Origin: Geosiphon pyriformis uo1
Taxonomy: Eukaryota; Fungi; Glomeromycota
Reading direction: 5' to 3'
Assembly (NCBI GenBank): GCA_016748015.1
Contig: JAAOMT010000571.1
Coordinates: 995,095-1,059,094, forward strand
DNA: 64,000 nucleotides
A program made the position numbers and the translations under genes. Under the pieces are notes generated by a model. It saw only the letters and a program-made list of their open reading frames with translations, ran no database searches and was not told where the DNA came from. Of this stretch, positions 49,395 through 63,500 are shown piece after piece. Every line of letters begins with the position of its first letter. The stretch's first letter is position 1.

Positions 49395-52300
49395 ATGGAG
49401 CACCTTATAGTGGGAACCGTAGCGGAACTTGTTTCAGATCACGAAGGAGAGCCTTTGACGCGTAACCCTAACTTACAGGTGGTCAAAATTCAAAACGCTG
49501 GCATGCATCCTACAGGTCAAATTGGAAAGGCTGGGCCTCCTCAGAAAAGGTACTGGACAATACTTTAACTCTTTAGTCAATTTATCGCTTTCCCCCCCCC
49601 CCCCCCCAAAGGGATTTAACAGTTTAGACAGTCAACCAAGAGAGTAATTCTACGAGAGATCTTTCGTTTTCTAATTAACTATTTTTCTCTGTTAATAAAG
49701 ATACAAAATTTTGCTATCAGATACTGAAACTACCATGTCCGGTATCTATTTTAACAAATCTTCCTCTCATCCTTTTGTATTTTGATTTTCTAATCGAATT
49801 TTATTTGATGATAGCGATGGTCGGAAATCAAGTGATCGAAAGCGTTTTGCAGGGTGGGGAATTAGAGCTATACATGATAATAAAAATTTTGAATTATAAG
49901 ATAAATAGGGCAAATGTTGCTAATCCTGGAATACGTAGCGCCACCAAGTATAAAACTTAGAATGTTTAGTTGAATACTCTGATTGACTTTTTACCCCATA
50001 ATTTATAATCTTTCCTTGCATAATATTCAGGGTGATGATGATATATACATTTGAAGTTGTTAAAAATCCAGGATATTTGCTAGGGAACCCAAGTGGATTA
50101 AACGAACCACCGATTGTTACCCCTGGGATACCTGTTCAGGCCCATCAAAATCGTCAACCACCATTCCGACAACAGCCTACACAACAAATACAACAACATG
50201 GTTACCATCCAACCTCGGCTCAACAAATTCAGCAACAGAACTCACAGAATGATGTCGCCTATATTCAACATAGACCACAGGCTGCTCCTACCCGAGCTTT
50301 TAACAGTGATAACGAATTCAATGACACAAGAAGGTATTCTCACGATCTCTGAAAATCCTCTTCAAGAAAAAGAATAAAAAACTTATTACTATTTTCACTG
50401 GATGATAATTATAATAGTCATGGAAGCCCAAATTTGAATTCACAAAGCAGAACAAATGAAGGCACTACTATATTCCCTATTGACAACCTGAATCCTTATC
50501 AAAATAAGTAAATATAATTTCTTAATTTATAAAATCTTATCAATGAAATCATATTAATATTAATGAGTATTTACCTTTTTTTTGAAATCTAAGATGGATA
50601 ATCAGAGCGAGGGTCACTCAAAAATCTGAGATGAAACATTGGCACAATGCCCGTGGCCAAGGGAAACTCTTTTCATTTAATCTCTTGGATGAAAGTGTAG
50701 GTTAAGTCATAAATAAATAACTCATTCCATAAACTCTTCAAATAAATCACGTAATTTATTCTCATCTAAGGGGGAAATCAAGGCTACCGCTTTCAAAGAA
50801 GCTGCTGATAAATTCTACGACTTAATTGAAGAGAATAAAGTTAGTGGAAAAATTTAGCTTTACAAGTATTTTATTTATTTTATATCGATCGTTTTCGAAA
50901 AACCATAACACTATTGTCAGGTGTATGAAATAAGCAAGGGCAAAGTTGTACTTGCAAAGAAGAATTTTTCAAATATAGACAACGAATACGAAATCCATTT
51001 GGAAATTGATTCAGTTGTTACTTTGGTATGTGACTTCGATTAATAAGCAATATTTACTCACTTAAAAACTAACAGTTAAATTACACATTTACATTGTCAG
51101 CGCAGCGAAGCCGAAATATCGGTACCAAACGTCCAGTACAATTTCGTACCATTAAATAAATTGATGGACTACAACAAAGATTCTACAATTGGTTGGTCGT
51201 TTGAGATTTCTTTTTATATTACTTTATGCCTCTTTGATACGAAACTAAGCCTTTTGTCTTTGCATTCCCATTAGATGTAATCGGTATAGTCAAAGAAGAT
51301 CAGGGATCAAATGAAATTATCTCAAAAACCACTCAGAAAGCAGTGATTATCTTCATAAGATTATTTTTCTTGATTATTTCCAAAATCTACCGACTACCTA
51401 CAATTAAAAAACCTTTCCTTACTTGACAGATCACCAAGCGAGAATTGTTGCTTGTTGATCAAACTCATTTCCAAGTTAAGGTCACGATGTGGGGAAAGCT
51501 GGCAGAAACTTTTGACAGCAGTGATCTTCCTGTAATAGCTGTTAAAAAAATACGAGTGGGAGATTATCAAGGTTCATTCAGGATCTTTTTTATGTTCATT
51601 TCCTATAATTTCGCGTCTCGTTATAAAGTATAAATAAATTTTAGGGCGAAATCTATCTCTCTATGGATCAAGCACGTTAAATGTCAACCCTGATATCCCC
51701 GAAGCTCGCCAATTACGAGACTGGTTCGTCATGCAAACAAAGATCATCCTTGAAGATGACCCCGTTAACAAAGTTTGACCCAACTTATTATATATAGGTA
51801 CAGAACGCTTCCATCAGATGAAACGTTCCAAACTTATCTTGGAATCACTGGGCCAAACAGTTCTCCAAGTCTTCCTCCAGCGGAAAGAAAAACGGTCGGA
51901 CAAATCCTGGATGGAAACATTGGTAAAGGTGACAAAGTGAGTTTGTGCTGATTTTACTTACAAATCTTTGATTTTTTATTGCAATTCAAGCTTATATGTT
52001 TTTTTCAACTAGTCTGAGGTTTTTAGTGTAAAAGCTACCATTAATTTTGTTAAGCCTGAAAGCAGCTTTTGCTATCCTGCATGTCCTTCTTGCAATAAAA
52101 AACTTATTGGCGCGAGTAGTGAACAATGGCAATGTGAAAAATGCAATAATACATACCCCTCTCCACATTATAGGTATTTCGATTCCATTTTAATTGCAGC
52201 AACATTTTAGACTAGTAAAACGTATAGGATTAAAACAATCTTCTATATATTAGATATATATTCAGTTTCGGAGTTGCTGATCATACAGGCCAAATGTGGA

Positions 52301-52695
52301 TTTCCACCTTTAATGACGCAGCAGAGCAGATCCTTGGAATTGACGCGGGCCGATTAAACCAATTGCGTGTAAGTGTCAACTAAAAATTGGATTCCTCTTT
52401 GTCAATTCTAATTTTCTTTCTTTAATTAGATTGATGATAATGCGCTTTTTACAAAAACTTTCAAAGCAATGAATTTTAAAACATATATATTCACTTGTCG
52501 CGCAAAGAGCGAAACATATCAGGTACAGAAATTGTTGGTTTTCGTTTTCTGAATCCATATGAATATTAAAACATCCTTTATATATATATAAAGGAGACTG
52601 AAAGAATAAAGTATACGTTGCTTCAAGCAAGATCTGTCGATCATATTGCGGAGGGACGAGAACTTCTCAAGATGATTAAAACCTATTCGTTCTAA
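49395..52695 (+). CDS. RPA1: Replication protein A 70-kDa subunit, multi-exon
   Basis: [64 protein letters not shown]...[12 protein letters not shown]. Confidence 0.95.
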
Positions 52696-52894
52696 GTTTG
52701 ATGAGTTCGAGCGTCATCAAAGATAATTTACAGTATAAAAACTTAATACCAGATATTATATATTAGATAGCAAATTCTCAGAAGACGTTTAATCAATATT
52801 ATAATAAAAACAATTTGAGATAATCGTGATTAGTAATACTTTTATTGATAATTGATAGCATGTAATATTTTTTACAAGTTGATATTAAGGAAAG

Positions 52895-55286
52895 TCACCT
52901 CCAAATCTGAAATTGAATAATATTTAGATAATTAATGCTAAGGAATATTTATTTTGAAGCATATAGAATTTACCTTGATGGTACGATCGGCACAACCAGT
53001 TATTAGATTACGATTTCCTAAAGTCATCGCGTGTACATAACCTAAAGGAGAGGAAAATGTTTTTGTCTAGAGCAAACTCAATAAGTATATAAAGCTTGAA
53101 GGTATGACTGTACCTTGATGTCCTTTCAAGGTCAAGTCACATGCCATTTGATTCCGTACATCCCATCGTTTAATGGTGTGATCAAAACTAGCACTAAACA
53201 TTTTCCCATTTGTATACTCTAACTGCCAAACCTCCCAATTATGCCCAGACAGGATAGTCATCGGTGTGTAATCATTAAGGTTATACACATGAATTACAGC
53301 CTCATTTGTCGACGCAAACAAAAGATTGTCCCCGGTTGCAACATCCAATACTTCAGATAAATGAGAGGATATAGAGTGAATGCATGTACCTGTAGTCACA
53401 TCCCATATCTTAAAAAACAATCAAATTTACCCATGATGAATTGAATAGATTATTAAAAGAGCAATATATATCTGATTGCTCTTTACCTTAACAGTATTAT
53501 CACTTCCAGCGGTCACCAATTTGTCATTCTCAATGGCTAACAAGTTGTTTACACCATCAGTATGCCCAGTAAATGTGGCCAAATTCTCTAATGTCACGGT
53601 GTCCCAAACTTTAATAGTTTTATCGGAGGAAGCAGAATAAAGGCGATTCTCATTCACGACAAGTCCATACACCTTGCCACTGTGTTGAGTGAGAGTTCCA
53701 ATACATTCATTAGAGGCTCCCTCCCTCAAATCCCATACCTGGAAACAAATGTTCGAGATTTGTTATAAAATGAATTATTTGGGGAAGTTCTGGATCAAAT
53801 ATCCATACTTTGATTTTCCCGTCTGAGCCAGCACTAAAGAAACGTTCACCTTCTGAATGGACGGCCAAAGCCCAAACTGACATTTGATGACCGTGAAGAT
53901 TCTTTATGATTATGCCGGAATCCGCTTGAAATATCTTTTTAATATAATTTAAGATATTTAAGCTAATCAAAAAGCTCTTTGTTGAAATATAAAGGGAAAA
54001 AAATAAAAGAATGATTTGCCTTCGTCGATCCATCATGGGCTCCAGCAAATATCAACCCATTGTTAAAGTCTAATGATGTTACGCCGCAGGTATGCTCTGA
54101 TATTGTTCGACGACAAACAATATCTCCAGTCGGAAAAGTCTTTTATGCCATATAAAGGCTTCGAATTGGAAGGTTTTCATGGAATGCTGATTGGTATTCA
54201 AAAGAATACAAAATCAAACGCTTACATCAATTTCGAAATCAAGATCATCTACTAATGAATGATAATCCCGCCCATTGACATTGACCACTGTGGACATGGT
54301 AGATGACTGCAATGGAAAAGGCGTCATATTAGCGATAATCGAAATTTGACGAGACCTTCATCCCAAATATCAATGAAAATTCATACCCCATGATCTTTCC
54401 TTGGTGTTTTTATCAATTGCCTCAGTTTTTGCAACTCACATTGTTGTTCCTATGTATGTATTTTTAATAGGAAAACCGATATAAAATTAAAACCAAATAA
54501 AATCATGTGTCAACTCTAAGTGGAATTATCGATAAGGAGGTATTTCAAACCTCTATTTTTTTCTCCAAAGTTAGAATTCTAGTATTGTTGCTTTCAATAT
54601 AGGTCTTTAACTTTTCGTACACACAATGTTCAAGATGATCTTTGGCTCCTTTCGTTGTTCCTGGTTGAGATATAAAATGAATCTAATTTCACCAGTTTTC
54701 AACAATATCCCCATAAATATTTTTAATTGATACCTTTGAAATCGCAGCCATGTTTAACATTTTGGCAAATGGCCGGCGAGTAAGTACAATAAATTAAATG
54801 ATTTTCGTGAGAATCAAGGCGTACTACAACCGGACATCCATATTTTTTGTTGCTACAATGAACCTGGAGCTCTTGAATTAAGCCAGCTAATGCCAAATTT
54901 GAATGAAGATCTAAGGCCAGAATGAAGTAAAGTGGTGAAAGCTATGGAGGTCTACTTATCATTCTCGAGTTGAATAGAATAACTGTGTACAGACCTTCAA
55001 CCTTGAGTCGACATCGACATAAAGGGCAATATGGTTCAACCTCCAAGCTTTGAAATATACAAGCCGCGCAAAAAGAGTGATTGCATACTTGAGTTATAAG
55101 AGGCTCGCGACAGACGTCATGGCAACTATAACAATAAATGTCCAAAAATTTGACCTCTTCAGAATGTGTCCCCAGAAAACAATCATTTATTCCAAAAGCA
55201 CATGAAATACCATACACAGGACACAAAAGGGAAGGCGAAGGTGTCTGAACAAAATCCACATTTTCGTCTTGTGGGTTGGCATTCAT
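52895..55286 (-). CDS. TRAF7-like protein: RING, TRAF-type zinc finger, coiled coil and WD40 repeats; multi-exon
   Basis: CPVC...CNHSFCAAC...CPLCR RING; HCSNKKYGC...CTY/HGCDFKG zinc finger; WD40 repeats (SASSDKTIKVWD, GHNWEVW); ends IWR*. Confidence 0.82.
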
Positions 55287-55487
55287 ATTCCTCGTCCTCC
55301 AAGTTAACCGTTGTCTGGTAACTTTCTCCAAAAAGCGCCCCCTAGAGCAAACTAATCAAGTTTTAATATGGTAACTTACCATGAATTATCAATATTTGTC
55401 AAGAACCAATTTTAAAATAAATTGTTGACTAATACTTAAATAAGATGTAGTGTAACCCGAACAAATTCATCACTTTCTTCAGCAACC
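55287..55487. promoter_or_regulatory. Probable bidirectional promoter (TRAF7-like / SNAPC1-like)
   Basis: Divergent start codons with 201 bp between them. Confidence 0.55.
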
Positions 55488-57080
55488 ATGGCAAGGCGTT
55501 CTCTCAAGCTGCCTGAGAAGATAAAGTTACCAGTGGGAAGAGAGTTGGTTTATAAAGTAGCTCTTGAGGACGATCTGGACATGTTAATTGGCACTTTTCA
55601 ACGAGTTTGTAAACTTTCCAAGTACATTTTGCCAAAGCCGAATGACCCTTTTATGATGTTTATTGAATAATTTTGAATTTCGATGTGAAATTAACCAGAA
55701 GCAAAGCTACAACTTTCCGACCTTCTCAAATGTGTGGAAAGAGTTCGATTTCTCTTTAATACATTTTGTATGCTTTGAAAGAACTGGACGCGAGGTATTT
55801 ATGCAAGCATTATATCAAATACTTTTAGGTGATTATTCTCTCTTCCTTCAAGATGTTTAACATTGATAAATTCTAACTGAAATAAATTCTTAGAGAAATA
55901 TCAGAGGACTCTTTTCTTGGAGGTGAAATTAGGCTCACTTTATGCTTTATATTTGCTGTTTTTTACGCAGCCTGAAATATTTAAAGATAAGGTTAGAATT
56001 CGGGTGACATCATGTAAGTTATTTCATATTTATTTTAACAAATACCATTGCAACGACTTTCATTGAGTATGGTTTTATTATAGCATCTTGGGCTTCCCTT
56101 CTTGAGATTTATCAATATTGTCAAAAGCACAAACTCCATGATGCTGCCTACATATTTCGAACGATGAAAAAGAAAAGCGCCTTTCTTTTTGTGGCCTTTG
56201 TTGATCCTTGCCAACAATATGGTGTCGTCATAGGCCCAAAAGATGAAAAACAGGTTATAAGGTTTGCGATATCAATAAACAGAATTTTTTGCACAAATTC
56301 TCTTTTAAAATTTTTCATAATATTTACTTGTAGTTACAATAGACGGAAGATATTCAAGAAAATGTCTGATCTCAGAGAAGAAATGAGCCAATTCTCATTA
56401 GGTGGATTGGAGAATTCGAATACTCTCGATGAAATTAAAGATATTTCCAATGCCTATTATTCTAAAATAAATATCGTTGCTCGATCAACGGAGGCTATAG
56501 ATGTCTCAGATAAGTATTTGCAAGAATGGGTGAGGGAGAATGAGCTCAAAAAAAGAGACTATATGGCGATTGTGTCCCCATTGACTTCATCGAACTCCAA
56601 CATGGTGGATGATGCAACTTGTTCAGTTCAAAACTTAAAAAAAAGAAGATATCAAATATTGTCAAATAGTCAAGAAGTCTATGATGGATCTCACTGTATA
56701 AGCCAAAAAGGAGAAAGTAAGATCATGAATAAGTCATTTATGTCGTTAGGCTTCAAAATTTCGTCTAATTCAGATTATGAAGCAGATTCCGAAGGAGATG
56801 ACCCTAAAATGGTAGTTCACGACTTTATCTATTTTATTAGTATGCAAAACTAATTTAATAACCGTAATCATTTATTCATAAAAAACGGCATTCTAAGCTT
56901 ACCTCCCACGAAGTACGCAACAATCTACGTCAACAATCATATAAAAATCGTTATTCCACTCCATTCCCTATGGCCGCTATATCAAGGGCAACAGAAAAAA
57001 CGCTAGAACCAAGAGTATTTTTTTTGGACGCACCACCACCACCATTCAATTCAGCTTCCTCTAATATTGTGATGCCTTGA
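55488..57080 (+). CDS. SNAPC1: snRNA-activating protein complex subunit SNAP43/SNAPC1-like, multi-exon; 3' end approximate
   Basis: FPTFSNVWKEFDFSLIH, GSLYALYLLFFTQP, KVRIRV, HDAAYIFERM..AFLF pattern of the SNAP43 domain. Confidence 0.75.
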
Positions 57081-57559
57081 AGCATGCAAGGACAGTTTTC
57101 ATTCTTAAATTCACAATAATTTTTCGAATATGAAGCAACACTCACATTTTGTATTCAATGACGAGCTTTTGAATGATAAGGTTTTTATTTATAATTTTAT
57201 TTGATTGGGACTCTTACGTAGGCTCGCTCATAATGTCTTACATAATTTAACAGACAGGGGGATCCTTCTCCTTTAGAATTCTTACTTCCAGTCACGTTAC
57301 AATTTATATTCAATGTACAGGGCGGCGAAGGGGTATGAATAGGACCTGAGGTGTATTTCTCTTTGCAGCTAATTTCGTTTCGCTGATTTTCATCAGAGAA
57401 TTATCTTATCTAACCACTCACTTTATTGATAGTTCAGTCATTTCAATTATATTTGAAATAAGGAATGCTCACAGTGATAATCTGAATCAAGCTATCAGGT
57501 TTTGATTTCAAACTTTATTGTTCAAAAATTGCCAAATCACATGATTTAATATTATTAAA

Positions 57560-58020
57560 TGGCTTATTGTGGTTATTTTACTTTGTTAAAATAAAATAAA
57601 ATTTTAATATTAATAAAAATAACAATAAATTGTTATAAAGTTTACATATTTATTATTACATATTTTTATTTTTTTTGGTTATTAAAAATAATTTATTGAA
57701 ATTGTATTATATTTGTAATATTATCAATTAAATTTGAACCAAAAATTAGCATAAAAATTATTTTCATAATTTTTAATATAGTTTAGTTTTAATTAGATTT
57801 ATGATCATATATAAAAAATATATAAATTATACTTAATTTAAGGCTCTTAATAAATTGTATTATATTAAATAATAATTAAACTTAATATATTAATAAAAAT
57901 CTGATTTTTTTAAAAAAACATAAATTAAAAATATTGTTAAACTGATTATTAAATATTAAAAATAATTTTTTTGTAAATAAAAAATAAATATAAAATTAAG
58001 GCAAGAATAAATATGTTTAA
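57560..58020 (+). repeat. AT-rich intergenic relic containing a heavily mutated LINE 3' end
   Basis: 57803-57885 aligns to 43880-43960 almost entirely by C>T/G>A changes. Confidence 0.65.
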
Positions 58021-58487
58021 TTTTACATAGTAACTTAATTGCGCATTTATGTTGTTATCCAAAATGTGACATATACATTCAGGATTTGCAGCTGATGTAG
58101 TAACATATACACTTCGAACCCAACGATAATTTTTAACTCCGAATTGTGCAGTTGTAATGAACAGAGATCAAAATGGCGCTCGGGGGATCCTCCTTCGGGC
58201 ATTGCTTGATGGGGCTTTAATGCTTTCCTGTAGTCATGCAATAAATAGTATTTTATTTAGCAATGTCTACTATTGATTCAAAAGTTCTCATTTAACAGAG
58301 AACTTTAAAAATATTTATTGAAGATATTTGAAAAATCAAATGACTTATATGACAAGTAAAAAAAGACAAAAAATTTACCCAACGAGTATTTCTCGGGTCT
58401 TTAAAATGTGATCACAAAATCGAAGTACAAAAAACCGAAAATCTATACCGAGTTATGAATAATCAAAGATGTTGATTGAAGATTTAA

Positions 58488-60265
58488 TTACTCATCTTCG
58501 CTATCACTCTCGACCGTTTTAAGCCAGTGTATAAAGGGTTCCATCTGTTTGGCAAACACAGTTTTGCCTTGATTCTTAGCACCTTTATCCGCCCAATACA
58601 AAATGGCACTTTCAGAAACCACATCCTCGTTATAAAGTAATTGAACAATTTGACGAAAATGTTTGGTCAACTTGGCATCTTCATAACAATAAACTTGTAT
58701 CTTTTGAATTAGCGCGAGTTCTGTTTTTGGGGTCGTACAAAATGCAGCTAGAACTTTGGCCCATGCCTAAAAGATTTTAAATATGAGTTGATAAGAGATT
58801 TTTTGGTGGGACAAAATTAATTATAATTTATACTTTAATTTGGCGCAAAGCCTGAGTTTCAATCTGTTCAGGACGACTCCCCCAGTCAATAGCTTGGATT
58901 AATGCTTCCCAGACAATCTGGGAAAAATCAGATTCTTGCCAGCCACCTTCCTTCTGTTGTTGTTTAAGATAGCTGATAACCTGCAAAATCAAATGATTTA
59001 AATATAATTAATCCCGAGAGAATCGGTGATTGTTTAATTAAAATCGATGATAAATACTTCAGATGAATTATTTTTGGCATCCAACATTTCTTTGACACGG
59101 TCAATTGTTTGATCTTTTTTCGTGTTCTTTTGCTTTTGGTTGTGATACGCTACAAGTTGCTTCATATCTTCAGCCTCAAAATAGCGAGCAAAATATTCTT
59201 CATCACGTTTGTTTGGTGGAAAGAAGTCTAGGAGTTTATTATCCATCCCAGCCTTTTTTAGCGAATTCCCCAAATGATCAATATTTTGTTCATTTAAATA
59301 GGCTTTGAAAACGGTAGTGACAAACTGGAGAGAAAGGCCTAGATAATATTTATTTGATAGAATAAGAAGGATTTTGATTAATGAAATATTACCGAAGGAA
59401 GAATCCATGAAATGACAAATATTGTAATGATTAGCCACACCTTCTTTGACAAGATGTTCCTTAAACAAAATTATCAAAACGTTGATATTAATCAACTGAG
59501 CCGAAGCAAACAAGCCGATTACAGTGGCAAGTTTGCTGTTTTGTTCGGTACTCCATTTATTCACGTACTGAAGCAAGTTCTTGACGGTATCTTCGAAACT
59601 ACGTTGAAGATACTTATAGCGCCTGATCAGCTTATTGAAAACTTCAGCATGCTTTTTAATACTTTCAATATTATCTTCGGCCGCAAATATAGAAAAGGAG
59701 CTGCGTTCGACACCATCATCTAGAATTGTTCCTCCGGGAGCTTTTGAAGTAGGGATATATAATTTGAGAGGAAAGTAAAAAATAGTCAACCGACATAATT
59801 TAGTAAAAATATCATTTGAATTAATACTCACCTAATATACCGCCAGTAAAAAGGATTTCAAATAAAGTTTCACCGTATTTTCTATATTCAAGACTGTTTC
59901 CCGCAATATCTAGTTGTTGGGAGATTTCGTCAAAGTCGCCAGGTTGTGAAGTTTGAAGAACTTTTAGAAGACTATCTCGAAAAACTATAGTGCATAGGAA
60001 ATACAGTGTGGTTAGGTTAGAGGCATTTAAACACGGATGATGCCTATACACCAAAAAAACTCACTTGCTGGCTCAAATTTTGCTTGTGCTTTTACGAGGC
60101 CCTTAATAAATGTAAATTAATAAAAATTTGCCGCTTTCTTTATCAAACTTGAGTTCCAAGTCTTATCATTATCAATAGGTGAAGTAATACCTTTCTAGTT
60201 TTGATTTTCACACCGTGCAAAGCAGGCAAACTCTTGGAGTTAGAACCGTTTTGTGTCGCACTCAT
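58488..60265 (-). CDS. BZW: eIF5-mimic protein (5MP/BZW, W2 domain), multi-exon
   Basis: LHGVKIKTRK, KFEP, LEYRKYGETLFEILFTGGILAPGG, LIRRYKYL, FFPPNKR, QMEPFIHWLKTVESDSEDE. Confidence 0.92.
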
Positions 60266-60529
60266 TAAATTTCGAGGGTTAAAGTTAAGATTGGTTTGAA
60301 AAAAAACAAAAGTTTTTCGAAGACGAGAAGTCAAAAAGGTTATGATGACAAGTAAAGAGCTTCCTAGAGACTTTATATATTATAGCACCAAATCGCCGCA
60401 GTTGTTACTTAAGATCTCTGATTAGTTTATAATCTCTTTTGATTCGTTTAGAAAATTAAAAGCCAAGGAAGTGTGGTATTTTTGGACTTCATAAAGATTA
60501 TTGCCAGTTCTCGAAAAATTTTTACAAAA
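60266..60529. promoter_or_regulatory. Probable bidirectional promoter (BZW / NRDE2)
   Basis: Divergent start codons with 264 bp between them. Confidence 0.55.
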
Positions 60530-63500
60530 ATGAGCAAAAAATCTTCCACTCTGTGTTCCGCTTCAGAAGAGCAGGTATTAATTTTCTCAGAAGGCTGTTT
60601 TGTCAAGAGAGATTATTATTAGCCTTTGCCTAAGCGAAAACAATTTTTTTTTTAAATGAATCGATTAGTTTCTGGAATATCATCCTAGAATTTATTGATC
60701 TTTGATCAAATTTATAAAATCCTTCTTGTTCACTTGCTTAGCATGAAGGCCCACCTGGATCATCTACTTTTGCAAATGTTCAACCATTATCGACTTTCAA
60801 TACATCAACAAGTCAAAATGATTCGATAGAGTTAAGCATCCCCTCTTTTTCATCGTTTCCGGATATTGAAGGCGCTGTCCCACTCTTTTCCTCATTTCCT
60901 GATCTAACTGAAACCAATCTAAATCGCGGTAATGGATTTCGCTTTGAACTTTCGACCTATCGACTGTAAGTATGCAGTAAAAGATTGCTAAAAATGTTTT
61001 CTGCTTGTTTTAGGTGAGCCTTTGGAACGCAATAAAGCTCATAAAACCACCAACCGAGAAAATCAGCAGTTTCGCTCTTCCTCATCAAGTGAATATACTT
61101 CAGATAGAAATGAGGATCCTTCGCGATCTAAGAAAAATCGGAGTAAACTTCGTCAAATCTCGGAGGTTCTATCTTCATCTGAAGACTCTGCCTCTAGTGA
61201 TAGTTATTCCAGATCTGGAAAATTTAAAAGAAAACAACGACATGATGTCCATCGGCACAAGTCCAGCACGAAAAGAAATCGTTTGCGAGACCGTTCAAAA
61301 GAAAGTGAAATAAGGCGAGACAAACATTCAGTAAGAAGATTTATTAAAATTATCTTGGTATTTTGATTAAAATTTTTGATCAATTTTCAAAAACAAGTGT
61401 CTTATTATCATGAAAGAGATATCAACGGGATATAGGATTGAGGTATTTAAAAATAACATTTCTCTATGATTTTCAATCAAATATAAAATATTTTAATGGT
61501 ATAAGCCTTTTACTACGAATAGAATAGCTTCAGATTCTCGGCTTTTTACGATAGATCGTCAGGGAGATGACAATATTTTACAATTTGGCTTGTATAAATA
61601 CGGTGTCCCATCATATCGTCGGGTTGGAGGTGACATACTTTTGACCTCTGTCTTTTACTTGTCCTAGTACATGCTTTTTAACCGATAAATTTTGATTAAT
61701 TCCTTTTAGACGGTCGAGTTCTTGGCTTGTCGGAAGATATGAGAATTGATCTTGAAGCAAGCAAGGGCACAGACGGATTAGTAATTAGACCAATCTGGCG
61801 AAAAAAAGTATGCTGATGATTTATGTGTTTACATTAGATTTTTGCTTTGAAGAGAATCATGCGAGTCTCTCTTATGAATGCCAGACTATTCGATACACAG
61901 ATCGGCGATTCGGTTTAAAAGATGAAAGAGATATTAAAAGGTTTCCTAATTTATAAATTATTAGAATCTTTCTTGTTATGTCCTTATAAATGGCTACAAC
62001 TCTTTGAAAATTTTCACAGAATACGCTTTAACTTCGACAAGAATCAGTCATCCACGCTCGATTGGCATCAAACTTATATTCCTTTTGAGAACGACGATAA
62101 TCCACAAGATAAAGAAAGAGATATTGATATTCCTGATTATCGCGATATCGAGAGAAAAGAATTTGGCGAAAAACAAATTAAACCCACTCAAGAGGAGGGC
62201 TTAACATATGAGGAATATTTACGTCAAAAGAATAAAGATTTTAGTGTGCAATTAGATAAGGTATTTTTATTTGCGCTTTTTTTCTTGATGATAGATAATC
62301 AAAGTTAAAGGCAGATATATATATACATATATATACTTTGGAAATTTTCAGGAGCCTCATAACATAAAACTCTGGCTTCAATTCATCGATTTTCAAGATG
62401 AAAGTGGATTGTTTGGTAAGAAAGTCAGTAGCTCCTCGACACGAACCAGCATCAATGAAATCAAAATCAGTATATTTGAAAAAGCTTTGAGTAAGAATTC
62501 TAATAATGAAAAGCTTCTATTGGGCTATCTGAAATGCTGTGAGCAAATATGGGAGTAAGTTGCCTGTCACTAGAACAGTTGAAGGATTCCAGTGAATATA
62601 GATGCATCAATTTTTGCACTTAATCAATATTTTCAATTTTTCAGTGTTCCTAAACTACTCACCAAGTGGGACCAGGTCTTAAAAGAAAACTCACGTACCG
62701 TGAGCCTCTGGATAGAATATCTTAATTTCAGGCAGACGAATCTTGCCTCATTTTCTTTTACTCAATGTATCGAAGTGTTTGAAGAATGTTTAGGTGTACT
62801 TAGAAGAGAGGCAGAAATATCCAAAGATCTTGAAGGTGGATAAAAGTCATATTTGCAATTCTAATTCTCATTTCCTTTACGATCCAGTTAAATGTTTCCT
62901 TTACAACTTCATAGAGCGGACGAGTACCGAAAATATACTTGTTCATATTTTCTTACGATTTTGTATTTTTCTCGCTCAGTCTGGTACGTATTACTATAGA
63001 AGAATTCAAAAGTCGTTTTTGTTACTAATAAATCAATTTTGATCGTAATTTGAAGGGTACATAGAGAGAGCGTATGCATGCTTGCAAAGCATAATGGAAG
63101 TGACTTTTTTTACTTCTGAAAGCTTACAATCTTTGAGTTTTGATGAACGCCTCCTTATATTTGAGAAATTCTGGGAGTCTGAGGACCCACGGTTTGGAGA
63201 AAAAGTGTGTAGAAATCTCTAGATTGCTCTCGATATTTTTAAAATCAAGTTTAGATAAAATTTTGAACTCCAGGGGGCAAAGGGGTGGTCTTATTATGAA
63301 ACTCGATGTGAAGAAGATGATGAATGTGAAAAAACTGAGTGGGCTTCTAATGAGCAGCTACCTCAAGCTGACGAAAATGGTGAGGACATGACAATAAAAG
63401 ATTACAAAAAACGCAACTTATTAATTTCACAGTTTGAATCTACAATAGCGGACAGCTATCAAAATTGGTTAGCCGCTGAAACAAGCTTAGAAAAAGCCTA

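Noticed and set aside
58488-60265. Functional link between neighbouring BZW or NRDE2 and the GUG-starting retroelements
   Set aside because: Proximity only; nothing in the sequence supports a connection.
60743-60829. ATG at 60743 as the NRDE2 start
   Set aside because: That frame stops after 28 codons; the PSFSSFPD frame is entered by splicing from the exon starting at 60530.
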